In this document: positions 1-10,048 of the stretch, in pieces
Numbering within the stretch: the first letter of the stretch is position 1
How the letters are laid out: each line of letters starts with the position of its first letter
Virus record (IMG/VR): IMGVR_UViG_3300029922_000031
Coordinates: 41,075 to 105,074 of that record
Length of the DNA stretch: 64,000 nt
Origin: a virus
Direction: 5' to 3' (one strand)
Program-made: the position numbers and the translations under genes
The notes under the pieces: model-generated
Told to the model about the DNA's origin: nothing
The model's database searches: none
The model's input: only the letters and a program-made list of their open reading frames with translations

Positions 1-594
1 GACCGCAGCGCGATCTGTCTTGGAAAGTCCCATGAAATCAAAGACCATTGCCGCGGTTACACGCCCAACAGCGAAGACGGCAATGTCGCGGCCGCGGCCT
101 GACTGCGCGCGGGCCTGACTGTGCTGAACCGCGTCGAGAAGGAATTGCGGTGGCTTGTCGATCAGGTCGACGAACAACCGCGCCCGCGGCGAAAGCCGAT
201 TCATCACGAAGTCGCGGGTGTCGGCGCGTTCGAACGCCTCGATGCCGGATAGGCCAGCATCATCCTCGATCGCCTCGTGCAACCCGCCCGAATCTTCGGC
301 GGGCTCGTCACCCGGCATTATGTCGAGCGAAGTGCATTGACCGTTGTCGATCTGATCCTGCACCCATCGGTTGATGTGGTGATGCATTCCTCGGCTCAGA
401 AACGCCAGGAAGGGGACGCCGTATTCCTCGCTCCAGGCGTCCCGAGCCTTGCACCAGGCGATGCAGAGCTCCTGATAGATGTCCTGCGCCGTTAGGCTGG
501 CGGCGCCGGCCGCGTGAGCGCGTCGTAAAACGCGCCACGCGAAGCTCTTGATGGCCTTGTCGTGCTGCGGCGTGAAGGCAAGCTGGGTGTTCAT
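1..594 (-). CDS. Sigma-factor-like/transcription regulator protein, 3'-truncated by the window edge
   Basis: Not in the ORF track. ATG at 594 overlaps the AAA gene stop (TGATG). It reads MNTQLAFTPQHDKAIKSFAWRVL...AQDIYQELCIAWCKARDAWSEEYGVPFLAFLSRGMHHHINRW...RLSPRARLFVDL and stays open to base 1. The DxxQE...F..F pattern resembles sigma70 region 2. Confidence 0.45.
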   Translation of the reverse strand, partial: MNTQLAFTPQHDKAIKSFAWRVLRRAHAAGAASLTAQDIYQELCIAWCKARDAWSEEYGVPFLAFLSRGMHHHINRWVQDQIDNGQCTSLDIMPGDEPAEDSGGLHEAIEDDAGLSGIEAFERADTRDFVMNRLSPRARLFVDLIDKPPQFLLDAVQHSQARAQSGRGRDIAVFAVGRVTAAMVFDFMGLSKTDRAAV

Positions 595-1754
595 CACACG
601 CCGCCAAAGACACGTTGAGCGAAGCCGTCGGCGGTCTCTTTATCGACGCGCGAGAGACGCGCAGCCCAGGCGGCGATCAGACCCGCCCGCCAGGCGCCAC
701 CCTTCATCACCGCGAAGCGCGCGGCGTTGATCAGCTCGCGCGGCGAGATCGTCGAGCCCAACCGGGCGGCCTTGAACGCCTCGCGAATGCTGTTGGCGAA
801 CTCGACGAGCTTGTCGGCGTCCTTTTTGTCGATGTTCGCCTGACCGGCGATCACCATCGACTCGACCTTCGGCTCCATGTAACCGATCTCGATCGTGACG
901 CCGAAGCGCGAGAAGTTCGCGCCGTCCTGCATCTGGGTGCCCTGATAGAGACCCGTCTCGTCGCCGCAACCGTTCGTGTTGCCGGTCGCGACGAAGCGGA
1001 AGTTTGGGTGCGGCCGGATCACGCGCTGCGCCGGCGGAGCCTCTTTGATGTAGAGAGCCTTGCCTTCGAGAACCGGCTGATAGACCGAGAGAACGGGCGC
1101 GGTGCCGCGGTCATACTCGTCGGCGCAGTAGACGAAGCCTTCGAGCATCGCGACGGCCAGCGGACCGAGTTCGAACTTGGTCTCGCCTTCCTTGACGACA
1201 TATTGCCCGATGATATGCGATTCCTCGGTGTTGACGGTGTGCTGGACGCGCATGAAGGGGCGCTTCGTGCGCGCCGCGATCTGCTCGAGAAGCGTGGTCT
1301 TGCCGGTGCCGTGATAGCCCCAGACGTAGAGCGGGGCCTTAAGCTCCTGTGCAATCAGGATTGACTTAAGGTTCTCGATGTCAAAAACGTAGTTCTGGTC
1401 CACGTCGGGCACGAGCTGTTCGGCTTCCGGCGTCAGCTCGGACATGACCGGGATCATGATCGGCTGGCCGCGCGCGTTCATCGCCGCCTTGACCTCGCCG
1501 AGAGCGAAGATTTCGTGCATCGGCTGACGATCGCCGCCGACGACTTTGGCCTGCTCCTTCTGAGCCTGCTTGACGCGGATCATGCTCTTGGCGGCCTCGG
1601 AAAGGATGGGCTCGCCGGGGTATTCGCGCTGGTAGCGGGCAATGTCCCAGCCAGGATGATTCTCGCGAAGGTAAACTTGGATGGAGTGGCACAGTGCTCC
1701 GTCGAGCTTGCACTCGATTTTGCCGCCACCGATAGCGGGCGTCGTCTCCGTCAT
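594..1754 (-). CDS. MoxR/CobS-like AAA+ ATPase with N-terminal Zn-finger-like segment
   Basis: Walker A GYHGTGKT, Walker B YCADEYD, HPNFRFVATGN and SPRELI motifs; adjacent to a VWA gene. Confidence 0.9.
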   Translation of the reverse strand: MTETTPAIGGGKIECKLDGALCHSIQVYLRENHPGWDIARYQREYPGEPILSEAAKSMIRVKQAQKEQAKVVGGDRQPMHEIFALGEVKAAMNARGQPIMIPVMSELTPEAEQLVPDVDQNYVFDIENLKSILIAQELKAPLYVWGYHGTGKTTLLEQIAARTKRPFMRVQHTVNTEESHIIGQYVVKEGETKFELGPLAVAMLEGFVYCADEYDRGTAPVLSVYQPVLEGKALYIKEAPPAQRVIRPHPNFRFVATGNTNGCGDETGLYQGTQMQDGANFSRFGVTIEIGYMEPKVESMVIAGQANIDKKDADKLVEFANSIREAFKAARLGSTISPRELINAARFAVMKGGAWRAGLIAAWAARLSRVDKETADGFAQRVFGGV

Positions 1755-1841
1755 GATCGTCTCCTTTGTCGCTGCGTCGCTGCAAACGATGCGCTGTTAT
1801 CGCGCATCGTGTCTTGGTTCACAAGTCAATTCTGACTGGCG

Positions 1842-4220
1842 TCAAGCGGCAAGTAGAATCCGCTTGAGCTCCTTCATAATCGTCGAGGGGAGCTCCTCGA
1901 TCCGCTTAAGAACAACATGCTTCGGGTAATAGTGCCGAACCGAGTCATCCATGATCCCGATACCGATCACCTCGATGCCGCGCTTTGTCGACTCCTCGAT
2001 GACCTGATGGAGATGCGAATTTAGCGCAGCCTCTGGCCTTTCACCGCTACGATAGGTGTAGTGGGCGGCGGCCGAGGGCGACCCGTCGGACAGAACGATC
2101 AGCACCTTGCGCTTCTCCTTGCGCCTCATAAGACGAGTCGCCGCGACCTCGATGCACTCGCCATCGACGTTGTTGCGCAGGAAGTTCTGATGCTCGGCGG
2201 CGACCGCGAACCGCTGCTTGACCGCCGGCGTCAGACGCTCGTTGAAGTCCTTGTAGATTGGCATGTAGATCGGCTCGATGCGGCCGTATTGCTTGCCGAT
2301 GCGAGCCTCCTCGGCCGTGATCAGATCGTCCAGCGTGCGGTTCGCGGGAAGCGTCGTGAAGCCGAGCACCTCATGCGCGATCTTCACCCGTTCCAGCGTC
2401 TGCGAGAGGGCGTAGGCCGCCTGCATCGCCGTCGTCATCTTCTTCCCGCCCATCGAGCCGGAGTTGTCGACCACCAGTCCGACCGCTGTGTCCTTCGACG
2501 TGTTCTCGTGGAGACGGCGGAAGACCCGATCGTCGCCGACGAGCAACTTGTGCAGGCTCGCCGCGTGCAGCCGACCCGACCGGAAGCCGGGCAGCTTGAG
2601 CACGTTCGAGCGGGACGCCATGAGCCGCTCAATGTCCTTTTGCATCGGCCCAATCATGTGCCGCGTCGAGCTGTCAAAAGACTCAAACTCCTCGTCCGTG
2701 ACTTTACCCGTGATGACCGAGACGTCGTCGTAGTCCTTGGTGAAGACGCGATATTCGGCGCCGCGCGTCATCCGGGTCGCAAGATCGGTGATCTCGCCGA
2801 CGATCGCGTCCTTGAATTTGTCGCCGTCGACCTCGATCTCCATGTCGGAGAACGCCGACGAACCCATGCCTGGATCCTTGCTTTCGCCGGACTCCTCTAG
2901 TTCGTCGCTGGGCTCTCCGCCGGCGGAACCTTCTCCAGCTTCTCCGCCGGACCCTTCGTCGCCTGCGTCGCTGTCGTCAGACTCAGACCCAGCGCCTGCG
3001 CTGCCATCGTCAGACTCCTCATCCTCTCCGCCGTCACTGGCAGACGTTCCGACTTCGCCGTCGTCGCCGTCTTCATCCCGCTCTCGATCGGCGGGCTCTC
3101 CGTGATCGTTGTCCCGTTCTCCATCGTCACCGTCGGCGTCATCCTCTGACTCCTCGGGGTCGACAGCTCCGTCACCGTCTCCGTCGCTCCCATCAGCATC
3201 ACCAGCACCTTCGCTGGGGAGTTCCGAATCATCGCTCTCTGACTCACTCGAGCCAGAAGTCTCTTCATCCTCGGATTCATCTTCGCCTTTCTCGCCCTCG
3301 CCGGGCTTCTCGGTCTCTTTCGGTCCGTCAGCTTCCTCGCCGGCATCCTCCTCGGACGACTCGCCCTTGTCTTCGCTGGGCTTCTCGTCATCGCCAGTCG
3401 ATGCTGACTTATCCTTTTCGGCAGACTTTTCGCCGCCGGCACCCTCGTCTTCCTCGTCCTCGGGCTTGTCCTTGTTCGCGCCCTTGCCGTCGCTCTTGGT
3501 CTTCTCGGTCGAGTCCGACTTGGACGGCTCGGTCGGGGAGCCAGGCGGCGGAGCGGGCGGGGCAGGGGGCGGCGGCGGGCAGAGAACGCTGTGATAGACC
3601 TCTGCGATCGCGAAGGCGTCGCGGGTGTTCTTCATGCCCGTCATGCGAGCGCGAATGTCTTTCGGCAGCCCGTCGAGCAGCGACTTGACAAGCGGATGCT
3701 CCCAGTAGCCCTTGCCCGTCATCCAGTCATTGAACACCTTCTGGCCGCAAAGCGCGCGCGCCATCACGACGATGATCGCCTCGAACTCCTTCTTCGGATC
3801 GCCCTTGGCTTCCGCGATGTGCGGCTCGGTGATCTTCTTGAGGAAGAACTCGTGCAGTCGGCCGAGATTGTAGTGCGAGCCGGGGAACTTGTCGGCCATC
3901 CGCTTCTCGATCAGCGGATCTTCGAGCATGTTCCACAGGCCGTGCAGCTTCGCGCTCGCCCTGCGCTCCTTCATCTTGTAGGTGAACTCGGTGAAGAGGA
4001 TGTGCGCAACCTCGTGGTCGATGAAGCCCTGGATCGCCATGAGCAACTCGGCCGTCGCAGTGTCGGGGATTTGCGGGATGTTGACCCGGATCGGCTTCCC
4101 GGCCTTGTCGTTCTCCACATACGCAGAAGCGCCTCGCTGAGTGACGACCAGCCCCTTGCCTGCAAGGAGCTGGGTCACTTTGACGATGACCTCGCGCATT
4201 AGCGCAATATCTTGATTCAT
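1842..4220 (-). CDS. CobT-like VWA-domain protein with N-terminal HExxH domain and long acidic linker
   Basis: MIDAS VVDNSGSM, LIVLSDGSP and EVIGIGI; N-terminal DHEVAH...ED; about 230 aa D/E/S/G-rich linker. Confidence 0.88.
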   Translation of the reverse strand: MNQDIALMREVIVKVTQLLAGKGLVVTQRGASAYVENDKAGKPIRVNIPQIPDTATAELLMAIQGFIDHEVAHILFTEFTYKMKERRASAKLHGLWNMLEDPLIEKRMADKFPGSHYNLGRLHEFFLKKITEPHIAEAKGDPKKEFEAIIVVMARALCGQKVFNDWMTGKGYWEHPLVKSLLDGLPKDIRARMTGMKNTRDAFAIAEVYHSVLCPPPPPAPPAPPPGSPTEPSKSDSTEKTKSDGKGANKDKPEDEEDEGAGGEKSAEKDKSASTGDDEKPSEDKGESSEEDAGEEADGPKETEKPGEGEKGEDESEDEETSGSSESESDDSELPSEGAGDADGSDGDGDGAVDPEESEDDADGDDGERDNDHGEPADRERDEDGDDGEVGTSASDGGEDEESDDGSAGAGSESDDSDAGDEGSGGEAGEGSAGGEPSDELEESGESKDPGMGSSAFSDMEIEVDGDKFKDAIVGEITDLATRMTRGAEYRVFTKDYDDVSVITGKVTDEEFESFDSSTRHMIGPMQKDIERLMASRSNVLKLPGFRSGRLHAASLHKLLVGDDRVFRRLHENTSKDTAVGLVVDNSGSMGGKKMTTAMQAAYALSQTLERVKIAHEVLGFTTLPANRTLDDLITAEEARIGKQYGRIEPIYMPIYKDFNERLTPAVKQRFAVAAEHQNFLRNNVDGECIEVAATRLMRRKEKRKVLIVLSDGSPSAAAHYTYRSGERPEAALNSHLHQVIEESTKRGIEVIGIGIMDDSVRHYYPKHVVLKRIEELPSTIMKELKRILLAA

Positions 4221-4320
4221 CGCTGCTGTCCTCTTAAGACTGAAATCGTGTTCTAACGATACAGTCAGAGAGAGTGGGTCACAATTGGCAATGTAAGGGA
4301 GGGTAGAGAAAGCGGATGAC

Positions 4321-4545
4321 TTATCTGAGTAGCATCAAGGACGGGCCGAGCGGGTTCAGAACGATGTAGATGTTGCCGAAGATCGGATGAGTTCCGAAAA
4401 TCGCGTGATTAGGGCGAGTTGTAAAATCGCTTCGGTCGGTGAGTTGCTCGGCGTATGTCAGCGCGACGTCATACGCAATTTCGCTGATCTGATCGATAAC
4501 GCGGGCTGCCGCCAGCGGCTCTGATTTGACTGTGGCTAGATTCAC
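4321..4545 (-). CDS. Small hypothetical protein
   Basis: 74-aa ORF co-oriented with neighbours; plausible composition; no recognised family. Confidence 0.5.
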   Translation of the reverse strand: MNLATVKSEPLAAARVIDQISEIAYDVALTYAEQLTDRSDFTTRPNHAIFGTHPIFGNIYIVLNPLGPSLMLLR

Positions 4546-4839
4546 TGTTCGTTATCCCCATCATATTTGGGCCGCCTAAGCTTCACTGTTTGCTCGTGAA
4601 ATCTAAAGCAGCTTTGAATTACATTTCGACGTTTGTCGTTAAAACATATAGCGCTTTCCCGGTGGGTCGTCTAAAAAAATCAATCGACGTTGACTGTTTC
4701 CGGCTGCGTCACCGCTGCAAACTCCGTTACATAGGGAGGTGTATCAATCAAGGACAAACTCGTGTGACTTTTTAGCGTCTCTGAAAATGTAACGCTAAAG
4801 CGGTGCGGCGCTCTCGCTGCACACGCTCACGTTACGAAG

Positions 4840-5283
4840 TCACTTTTTCAGCATGTTCTTCGGCAACATGTTCAGAAACACAGCCATCGCGGCCATTGTT
4901 TCCACCGTCTGCTTCGGGTCGAGATTGCCGGTCGCCGCGCGCCACGGCTTCAGAAGAATCTCCTCCTCATTCGGCGTCGCGATGCGACCAAACACCGTCT
5001 CGATCGCTTCGCCCAGATTCGGCCAATATTGCTGAAGCGCCAGACGAAATAGGTGGGTAGGGTCGACGTGCAGCGCCTTGGCGAGCGCTGGAATTTTGTC
5101 AAGCGGGACTTTCGCTTCACCACGCTTGAACATGGAGATAATATTCGGCTTGTCGTAGCCGGCTTCGAGGGCAATTTCACGTTGAGTCTTCACGCCCTTA
5201 AGAGCATCGATCTGTTTATCCAAGTATTTCGCAACCATCGTGCCCGCGAATGGCATTCCGGCTTTCACTTCTGAGACGGACAT
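4840..5283 (-). CDS. XRE/Cro-like HTH transcriptional regulator (candidate repressor)
   Basis: KTQREIALEAGYDKPNIISMFKRGEAKVPLDKIPALAKAL HTH pattern; GGAG RBS; divergent from repC. Confidence 0.82.
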   Translation of the reverse strand: MSVSEVKAGMPFAGTMVAKYLDKQIDALKGVKTQREIALEAGYDKPNIISMFKRGEAKVPLDKIPALAKALHVDPTHLFRLALQQYWPNLGEAIETVFGRIATPNEEEILLKPWRAATGNLDPKQTVETMAAMAVFLNMLPKNMLKK

Positions 5284-5649
5284 TGTCTATTCTCCCTCTT
5301 ATACGCTTATAATACGCTTCGTAGTCGTTCTTTAGCCAGTGACGCTCGAAAACATTCATCATTGAATGATACCGGGCTCAATGAATGATATAGCGCGTCG
5401 CGTCAGCAGTTCGTGGGAACTGCTCGGGTTCGCTTGGAATATCAATCACCATTTACTGAGAGTCAATCGTCGCTTATGGCAGTTTGCGATGCCCACGAGA
5501 ATCTCAGGTCGTTTTGTTCCATAATCTATATTATGCGAATCAGAAATGTTAATTACTTGGCGGGCGAATCCGCCTTCTCCGAATCGCACGACTCAGACAG
5601 AGTACCCTTGTTTATCAACGGGGTGATTCTGCCCATGAGCTAATCGGAC

Positions 5650-5737
5650 AAAGCAAAAGCCCCGCCAGGGTTGCCGCCCTGGCAGGGCTTTGGGTCTCCA
5701 AGATGGGTCCGCGCTAAAGGGACCGACCAAATCGCAA
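5650..5737 (-). ncRNA. Counter-transcribed RNA (ctRNA/incA type) regulating repC
   Basis: Minus-strand promoter TTGACA (5772-5767)-N17-CTAGAA. The transcript ends in the hairpin AAAGCCCTGCCAGGG-CGGCAA-CCCTGGCGGGGCTTT followed by TGCTTT. It is antisense to the repC leader, the established layout of repABC/repC replicons. Confidence 0.8.
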
Positions 5738-5819
5738 TTCCCCTTCTAGCGCGCGGCTGATTCGGTTGTCAACAGTCTTCTGGCTGGTGAGCGCCCGAGC
5801 TTTGTCCAAAGGAGGACAA

Positions 5820-6971
5820 ATGCTTCAGACCGGCATTCGCCGCTTGAGCCCTGGCGCTCTAGCGGTCAGGGAGATTCGCGCTCAAAAGACCGAAGGTGTC
5901 AACCGCAGGGCGCTGCTCGCCGCGGCGCGCGACGCCAGCCAGGCTCTCGACCTTCGCAGCTCCGTGCGGCAGGTTCTTGGTGAGCTTGCCGCCTGCTATG
6001 GCGAACAGGAGCTCCAGCGCGGGCTCATGGTCTGGCCCTCGAACGAGTATCTCTGCCGCAAGACGGGCTTGGCCGAGCGCACGATCCGTAAGTGCATTCG
6101 AGCCTTGATCGACGCCGAGCTGATCGAGCCGGTCGACAGCGCCAATCGCAAGCGCTTCGCCGTGCGCGGGCCTGGCGGGATCATTCGCGACGCCTACGGC
6201 TTCAATCTTGAGCCTATCTACGCCCGGCGCGCTGAGTTCGCCGGCGTGATCCTCGAGCACCAGCTTGCAGCCGCTCGTCGATCGGCGTTGTTCGACGAAC
6301 TGACCATCCAGCGCAAGGGCGCCGAGGAAGCCCTGAGAGCGCTCAGGGCGAGCTTCCCCGCGGTCGAGTGCCACGAGCACGAAACGGCGATGATCGCGCT
6401 CCTGGCCACCCTGCCCCGCCGCTCAGGTAGGAGTGCGCCGGATGCTGCCGTGGCGGCGTGGTTGAATCTGAGAACCGCCTTGGAGAACCTGTTCTTCGAA
6501 GCCTCTCGAAATCAAAAAGAGTCCGGCAGAGCCGGCGATCCGTGCCGTCACAAAGAGCCAGACAAAAATTTCTCTATCGAGCTTTGCCAGAGGCAGCCGG
6601 AAGGCTGCGACCCGGTTCGTCAAAACGAACAGCCAGCATTGGATCTGATCGTTGAAGCCTGCCCAGCGGCTGCGGCCTATTCCCGGCCTATCTCAAATGA
6701 AGATGACCTGATCCGGATCGGCCGGGAACTTCGGGGTTCGCTTGGAGCGTCAGCCGAGGCGTGGGTCGAAGCGACGGAAGGGATTGGATTACGGCGCGCG
6801 GCCGCGCTGGTGCTCTATGTTCTCCAGCTCGCCGACGATGATCAGAACTCGGGCGAGCAGAAGATCAGAAAGCCCGGCGGGCTGTTCCGTCACCTGGCGC
6901 GCAAGCTCGCCGAGGATCAGATGGACTTTAACGCCGAGCTGATGGCTTTGCGCCGGCGACACCTGGCGTAG
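5820..6971 (+). CDS. repC: Plasmid replication initiator RepC (alphaproteobacterial repABC family)
   Basis: VWPSNEYL, TIRKCIRALIDAELI..DSANRKRFA, AYGFNLEP, VEACP, LGASAEAW and IRKPGGLFRHL motifs; GGAGG RBS at 5811; A-rich internal segment at about 6500-6580 (possible oriV). Confidence 0.93.
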   Translation: MLQTGIRRLSPGALAVREIRAQKTEGVNRRALLAAARDASQALDLRSSVRQVLGELAACYGEQELQRGLMVWPSNEYLCRKTGLAERTIRKCIRALIDAELIEPVDSANRKRFAVRGPGGIIRDAYGFNLEPIYARRAEFAGVILEHQLAAARRSALFDELTIQRKGAEEALRALRASFPAVECHEHETAMIALLATLPRRSGRSAPDAAVAAWLNLRTALENLFFEASRNQKESGRAGDPCRHKEPDKNFSIELCQRQPEGCDPVRQNEQPALDLIVEACPAAAAYSRPISNEDDLIRIGRELRGSLGASAEAWVEATEGIGLRRAAALVLYVLQLADDDQNSGEQKIRKPGGLFRHLARKLAEDQMDFNAELMALRRRHLA

Positions 6972-7105
6972 GCGAAAGAATTTTACACAGCAGATAGAGA
7001 GACGTGCAGCCGAGAACCAGAAAGACCGAAACAGTGCTGAGCGCCAAGGCGACGCATGCCAGTGTGTCTGCGACGTCGGGTGCGTAGTGCATTGATAAGC
7101 CTAAG

Positions 7106-7137
7106 AAAAAAGGGCGACCCTTTCGAGCCGCCCTTGG
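7106..7137. terminator. Hairpin terminator between convergent repC and ligase
   Basis: AAGGGCG...CGCCCTT inverted repeat with an A-tract on the left (U-tract on the minus strand). Confidence 0.6.
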
Positions 7138-7204
7138 GACAGAGAGGGCTGCGAACAGCCACCCATTAGTCTACAGACGGGTATGGATAAGTCAACGCTG
7201 ACGG

Positions 7205-8734
7205 CTACTCCGCGGCAACGGCGAGCGCCGGGTCTTTGTCGTCGCGGAATCGGATGAAGCGCGGGTGGCGCAGCGAGCCATCAGGGGTGACTTCATGGAA
7301 CTCGACCTCGATCAGCCGGCCGATGATCTCGCAGCCTAGCGCCTGATATTCGAATGGCTGAATGTCGTCGTGACCCAGCAACCGCACCTGGTCGGCCTTG
7401 TATAGCCGCCAGAACTCCTCACGCTGCGCGTCAGAGAAACCGCCACCGACGCGAACGCTGACGCCCTTGCGATCGACGATCAGCCCGCCGAGCTTGCCGA
7501 CGTACTTGCCCTCGCCCTCGAAGGCGTCGATCACCCGAAGATCCTCAGTCTCCTCATTTTTCATCTTGAGCCAGGAGCGCGACCGCTTCTTCTGATAGGT
7601 GCCGTCGAGCGGCTTGACGATGGCTCCTTCGAGCATCTTGTAGCCGCCAGTGACAGGATCGGGCGTGACCGCGAGCAGCTCCTTCTCGAGCTCCTCGTCG
7701 CCGCGCGCCAGATAGGAGGCGAGTGTCGTCGTCCGATATTCCTCGAAGATCGAATCGATCTCCTCGTGCGAGTGAGCCAGCCGACGCGGCACCAAGCGAA
7801 TCCAGTTGCCGGCCGGGGCGAACTGAACCAGCCAGATCAGGAAGGCACGGCGCAGGTCGTGCTTCATATTGAACTCGCCGAGGTTCCGAGCGGTCATGAA
7901 CGCAAACGGCACGGCGTCGAAGACGTGATAGATCATCTCCGTCGCTTCGACGCTCTTGCGACGCACGGCGCCGGAGCTCTCGCCGAACAGGCCACTGAGC
8001 GCCTCGCCCTCCAGAGCAATCGACGCGCCGGCGTCGCCGCCCAGTATCGCGTAATACAATTTTGCCAGCGGATGAGGGGGCGCTAGTGGCGGGGGCACTG
8101 CGTCGGCAGCGTGCTTCGCCGTCCAGTGAGCCTTCTTGACCATCTCCGCGACGTGGACGCCTAGACCGTCGAGCGCCGGGAAGTGATTGCCGACGCGGCT
8201 GAAGAACTTGCCAGTGCCATCTTTCACCAGACAGGGCGCCCGCAGGCCGTCGAGCTTGGGCTCCATCGCCACCGGGAAGGTCTTGATGCGCTTCGGCTCG
8301 TATTTGTGGCTCAGCATGACCTCGAAGGTCGGAATCAGGCCGGGCTTCAACTTGTTGACCGTCTTGGCCGTGACGCCGCAGCGGAGATCCTTCGACAAAA
8401 TCCGCCAGAGCAGCTCCGAGCTGGTTGCATCCAGCATGTTCATGAGATCCAGAACGTTCTCCTGCGCCAGGTTGCCGGTCATGATGCGAGCCGCGAGACC
8501 GCGAATCGTCGCCCAGACCAGGACGTTGCTCGCGTCGAAGCGCTTCGTGCCAATCGACTCGACGTGCGGCGGCGTGATGCCGAACGTAATGAACGGATCG
8601 CAGGCGTATTTGAGAACCTCGATCATGAAGGGATCGCCGATCGTGCCGTTCAGGATTCGCTCCTTCTCGACGCGCGATGAGGTCTTGTCGATGGCCCAGA
8701 ACGTCTCCATCACGTCGTAAGCAGTCATTCCCAT
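7205..8734 (-). CDS. ATP-dependent DNA ligase
   Basis: Motif I EPKLDG, then EGE, VFD, EGAIVK, WLKMK, and OB-fold GGGFSD...LRHPRF. Start placed at ATG 8734 after an AGGA RBS. Confidence 0.95.
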   Translation of the reverse strand: MGMTAYDVMETFWAIDKTSSRVEKERILNGTIGDPFMIEVLKYACDPFITFGITPPHVESIGTKRFDASNVLVWATIRGLAARIMTGNLAQENVLDLMNMLDATSSELLWRILSKDLRCGVTAKTVNKLKPGLIPTFEVMLSHKYEPKRIKTFPVAMEPKLDGLRAPCLVKDGTGKFFSRVGNHFPALDGLGVHVAEMVKKAHWTAKHAADAVPPPLAPPHPLAKLYYAILGGDAGASIALEGEALSGLFGESSGAVRRKSVEATEMIYHVFDAVPFAFMTARNLGEFNMKHDLRRAFLIWLVQFAPAGNWIRLVPRRLAHSHEEIDSIFEEYRTTTLASYLARGDEELEKELLAVTPDPVTGGYKMLEGAIVKPLDGTYQKKRSRSWLKMKNEETEDLRVIDAFEGEGKYVGKLGGLIVDRKGVSVRVGGGFSDAQREEFWRLYKADQVRLLGHDDIQPFEYQALGCEIIGRLIEVEFHEVTPDGSLRHPRFIRFRDDKDPALAVAAE

Positions 8735-8750
8735 CAGATGTTTCCTTTCG

Positions 8751-9353
8751 TTATGTAGAAGCTTTGATGGCCGCATTAAGCGCGGCAGTCAGATCACCCG
8801 TTGCGGCCGCGCTCGGCGTTTCTGCGGCGGGCTCCGCCGGAGGCGGTGACGAAAAGATGCCGCGTGAAATCTTCTTGCCTTGCTTGGCTTCCGGCGGGTA
8901 CTCGGGAATTTCGCGATAGCCAATGTCTTCGAGAGTAGCGATCTCGAGACCCTTGAATTTATCGAAGCCCTTGAGCCCGTTGCAGGCGCGAATGCGATCG
9001 AGATGTTGCGGCAGAATACCGGGGTAGTTCGTTATCGTCGTCTCCGGGACGACGATGGGCGCGATCGCTCGCAGCACCTTATCGGAAAGACGGCCGAGCT
9101 TCGGCGTAGTCGAGAAATAGGGATCGACGCCGGCGTCCGGGTCGAGCTCCTTAAACACAGCGCCCATCGGGCACTTGGAGGCGGACATGCACGCCTGACA
9201 GCCCTTGCGAACCTCTGGCCCCTGCCCTCGCCAGACCATATCGCGAAGCTTGTTACACTCGCGCATTTCGACCTCGGCCCCGAAGATCGGGCAGACGAAG
9301 CGAAAGCGATTCTCGGCGCTGAGCGACTTGCAGGGCGTCATTGATATCGTCAT
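8751..9353 (-). CDS. Cys-rich hypothetical protein (putative Zn-binding)
   Basis: CP...C...GCQACMSASKCP cysteine cluster; translationally coupled in the operon. Confidence 0.7.
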   Translation of the reverse strand: MTISMTPCKSLSAENRFRFVCPIFGAEVEMRECNKLRDMVWRGQGPEVRKGCQACMSASKCPMGAVFKELDPDAGVDPYFSTTPKLGRLSDKVLRAIAPIVVPETTITNYPGILPQHLDRIRACNGLKGFDKFKGLEIATLEDIGYREIPEYPPEAKQGKKISRGIFSSPPPAEPAAETPSAAATGDLTAALNAAIKAST

Positions 9354-10048
9354 CAGAAAGCTCCATAGTTCGGGTTTGCTTCAGTCCGCTTCTGCGGCGG
9401 CGCAAGAACTGAAAGTATATGATCGTATTGCGCGGACACTGACCCACAATTGATCAAGTCAATGTCTGCGATCTTGAATTTCTGTTGCGTGCTTATATTA
9501 ACAAAGATCAAGCATTGATCAAATGGGCGTCGATAGTATTCAAACTTACCATCGTGAAAAGCACCGCCGAGCATGTCGTCTATGCTGAGATAGCTTGCGT
9601 GCGCCGCTGGCTCTTTGACTTTGGGAGCAACTGGCGGCGTGTGACTCCGCGGCTCGACTGAACTTGAGATTATCTCGAACGCGCGTTGCGCGACCTTGTC
9701 GTAAAGCCCGGCCATCATTGCCGCAGAGCATCGCTCCTGCTCCTCTTTATTGATCGACCCGACGATCTTGCGACCTACGAAAGCGCCATCGCGATCCGTT
9801 ATCTCCGCCCACAATTGAGTGGCGTCGGTCGCGTAATCCTGAAACGTCGTGAGATTGCAGTCGCCGCCGGTGGGCGAATGCGCGGTACACTTTGGCGGAC
9901 CCGCGACGACATGGGCGGGCATGACAGAGCCCGTCCCATAGATCTCCTTCACGAACGGTTTGACGTCGATCCCGAAGCCATTTTCGGAGAGCAACTGCAA
10001 CGTTCTGGAGAGAAGCTCGCTGCCAGTGTCGAGCGTCGCAAGCGCCAT
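9353..10048 (-). CDS. Hypothetical protein ending in NPNYGAF
   Basis: ATG 10048 overlaps the upstream TGA; ORF tiles the operon. Confidence 0.7.
   Translation of the reverse strand: MALATLDTGSELLSRTLQLLSENGFGIDVKPFVKEIYGTGSVMPAHVVAGPPKCTAHSPTGGDCNLTTFQDYATDATQLWAEITDRDGAFVGRKIVGSINKEEQERCSAAMMAGLYDKVAQRAFEIISSSVEPRSHTPPVAPKVKEPAAHASYLSIDDMLGGAFHDGKFEYYRRPFDQCLIFVNISTQQKFKIADIDLINCGSVSAQYDHILSVLAPPQKRTEANPNYGAF

Noticed and set aside
594-4220. cobS/cobT as cobalamin biosynthesis genes
   Set aside because: No cobN or other cob genes are present; MoxR-VWA pairs are common in phages, and this VWA protein has a different N-domain.
4590-4775. 61-aa plus-strand ORF in the AT-rich gap
   Set aside because: TTG start without RBS, atypical composition, and overlap with promoter/operator-like sequence; more likely regulatory DNA.
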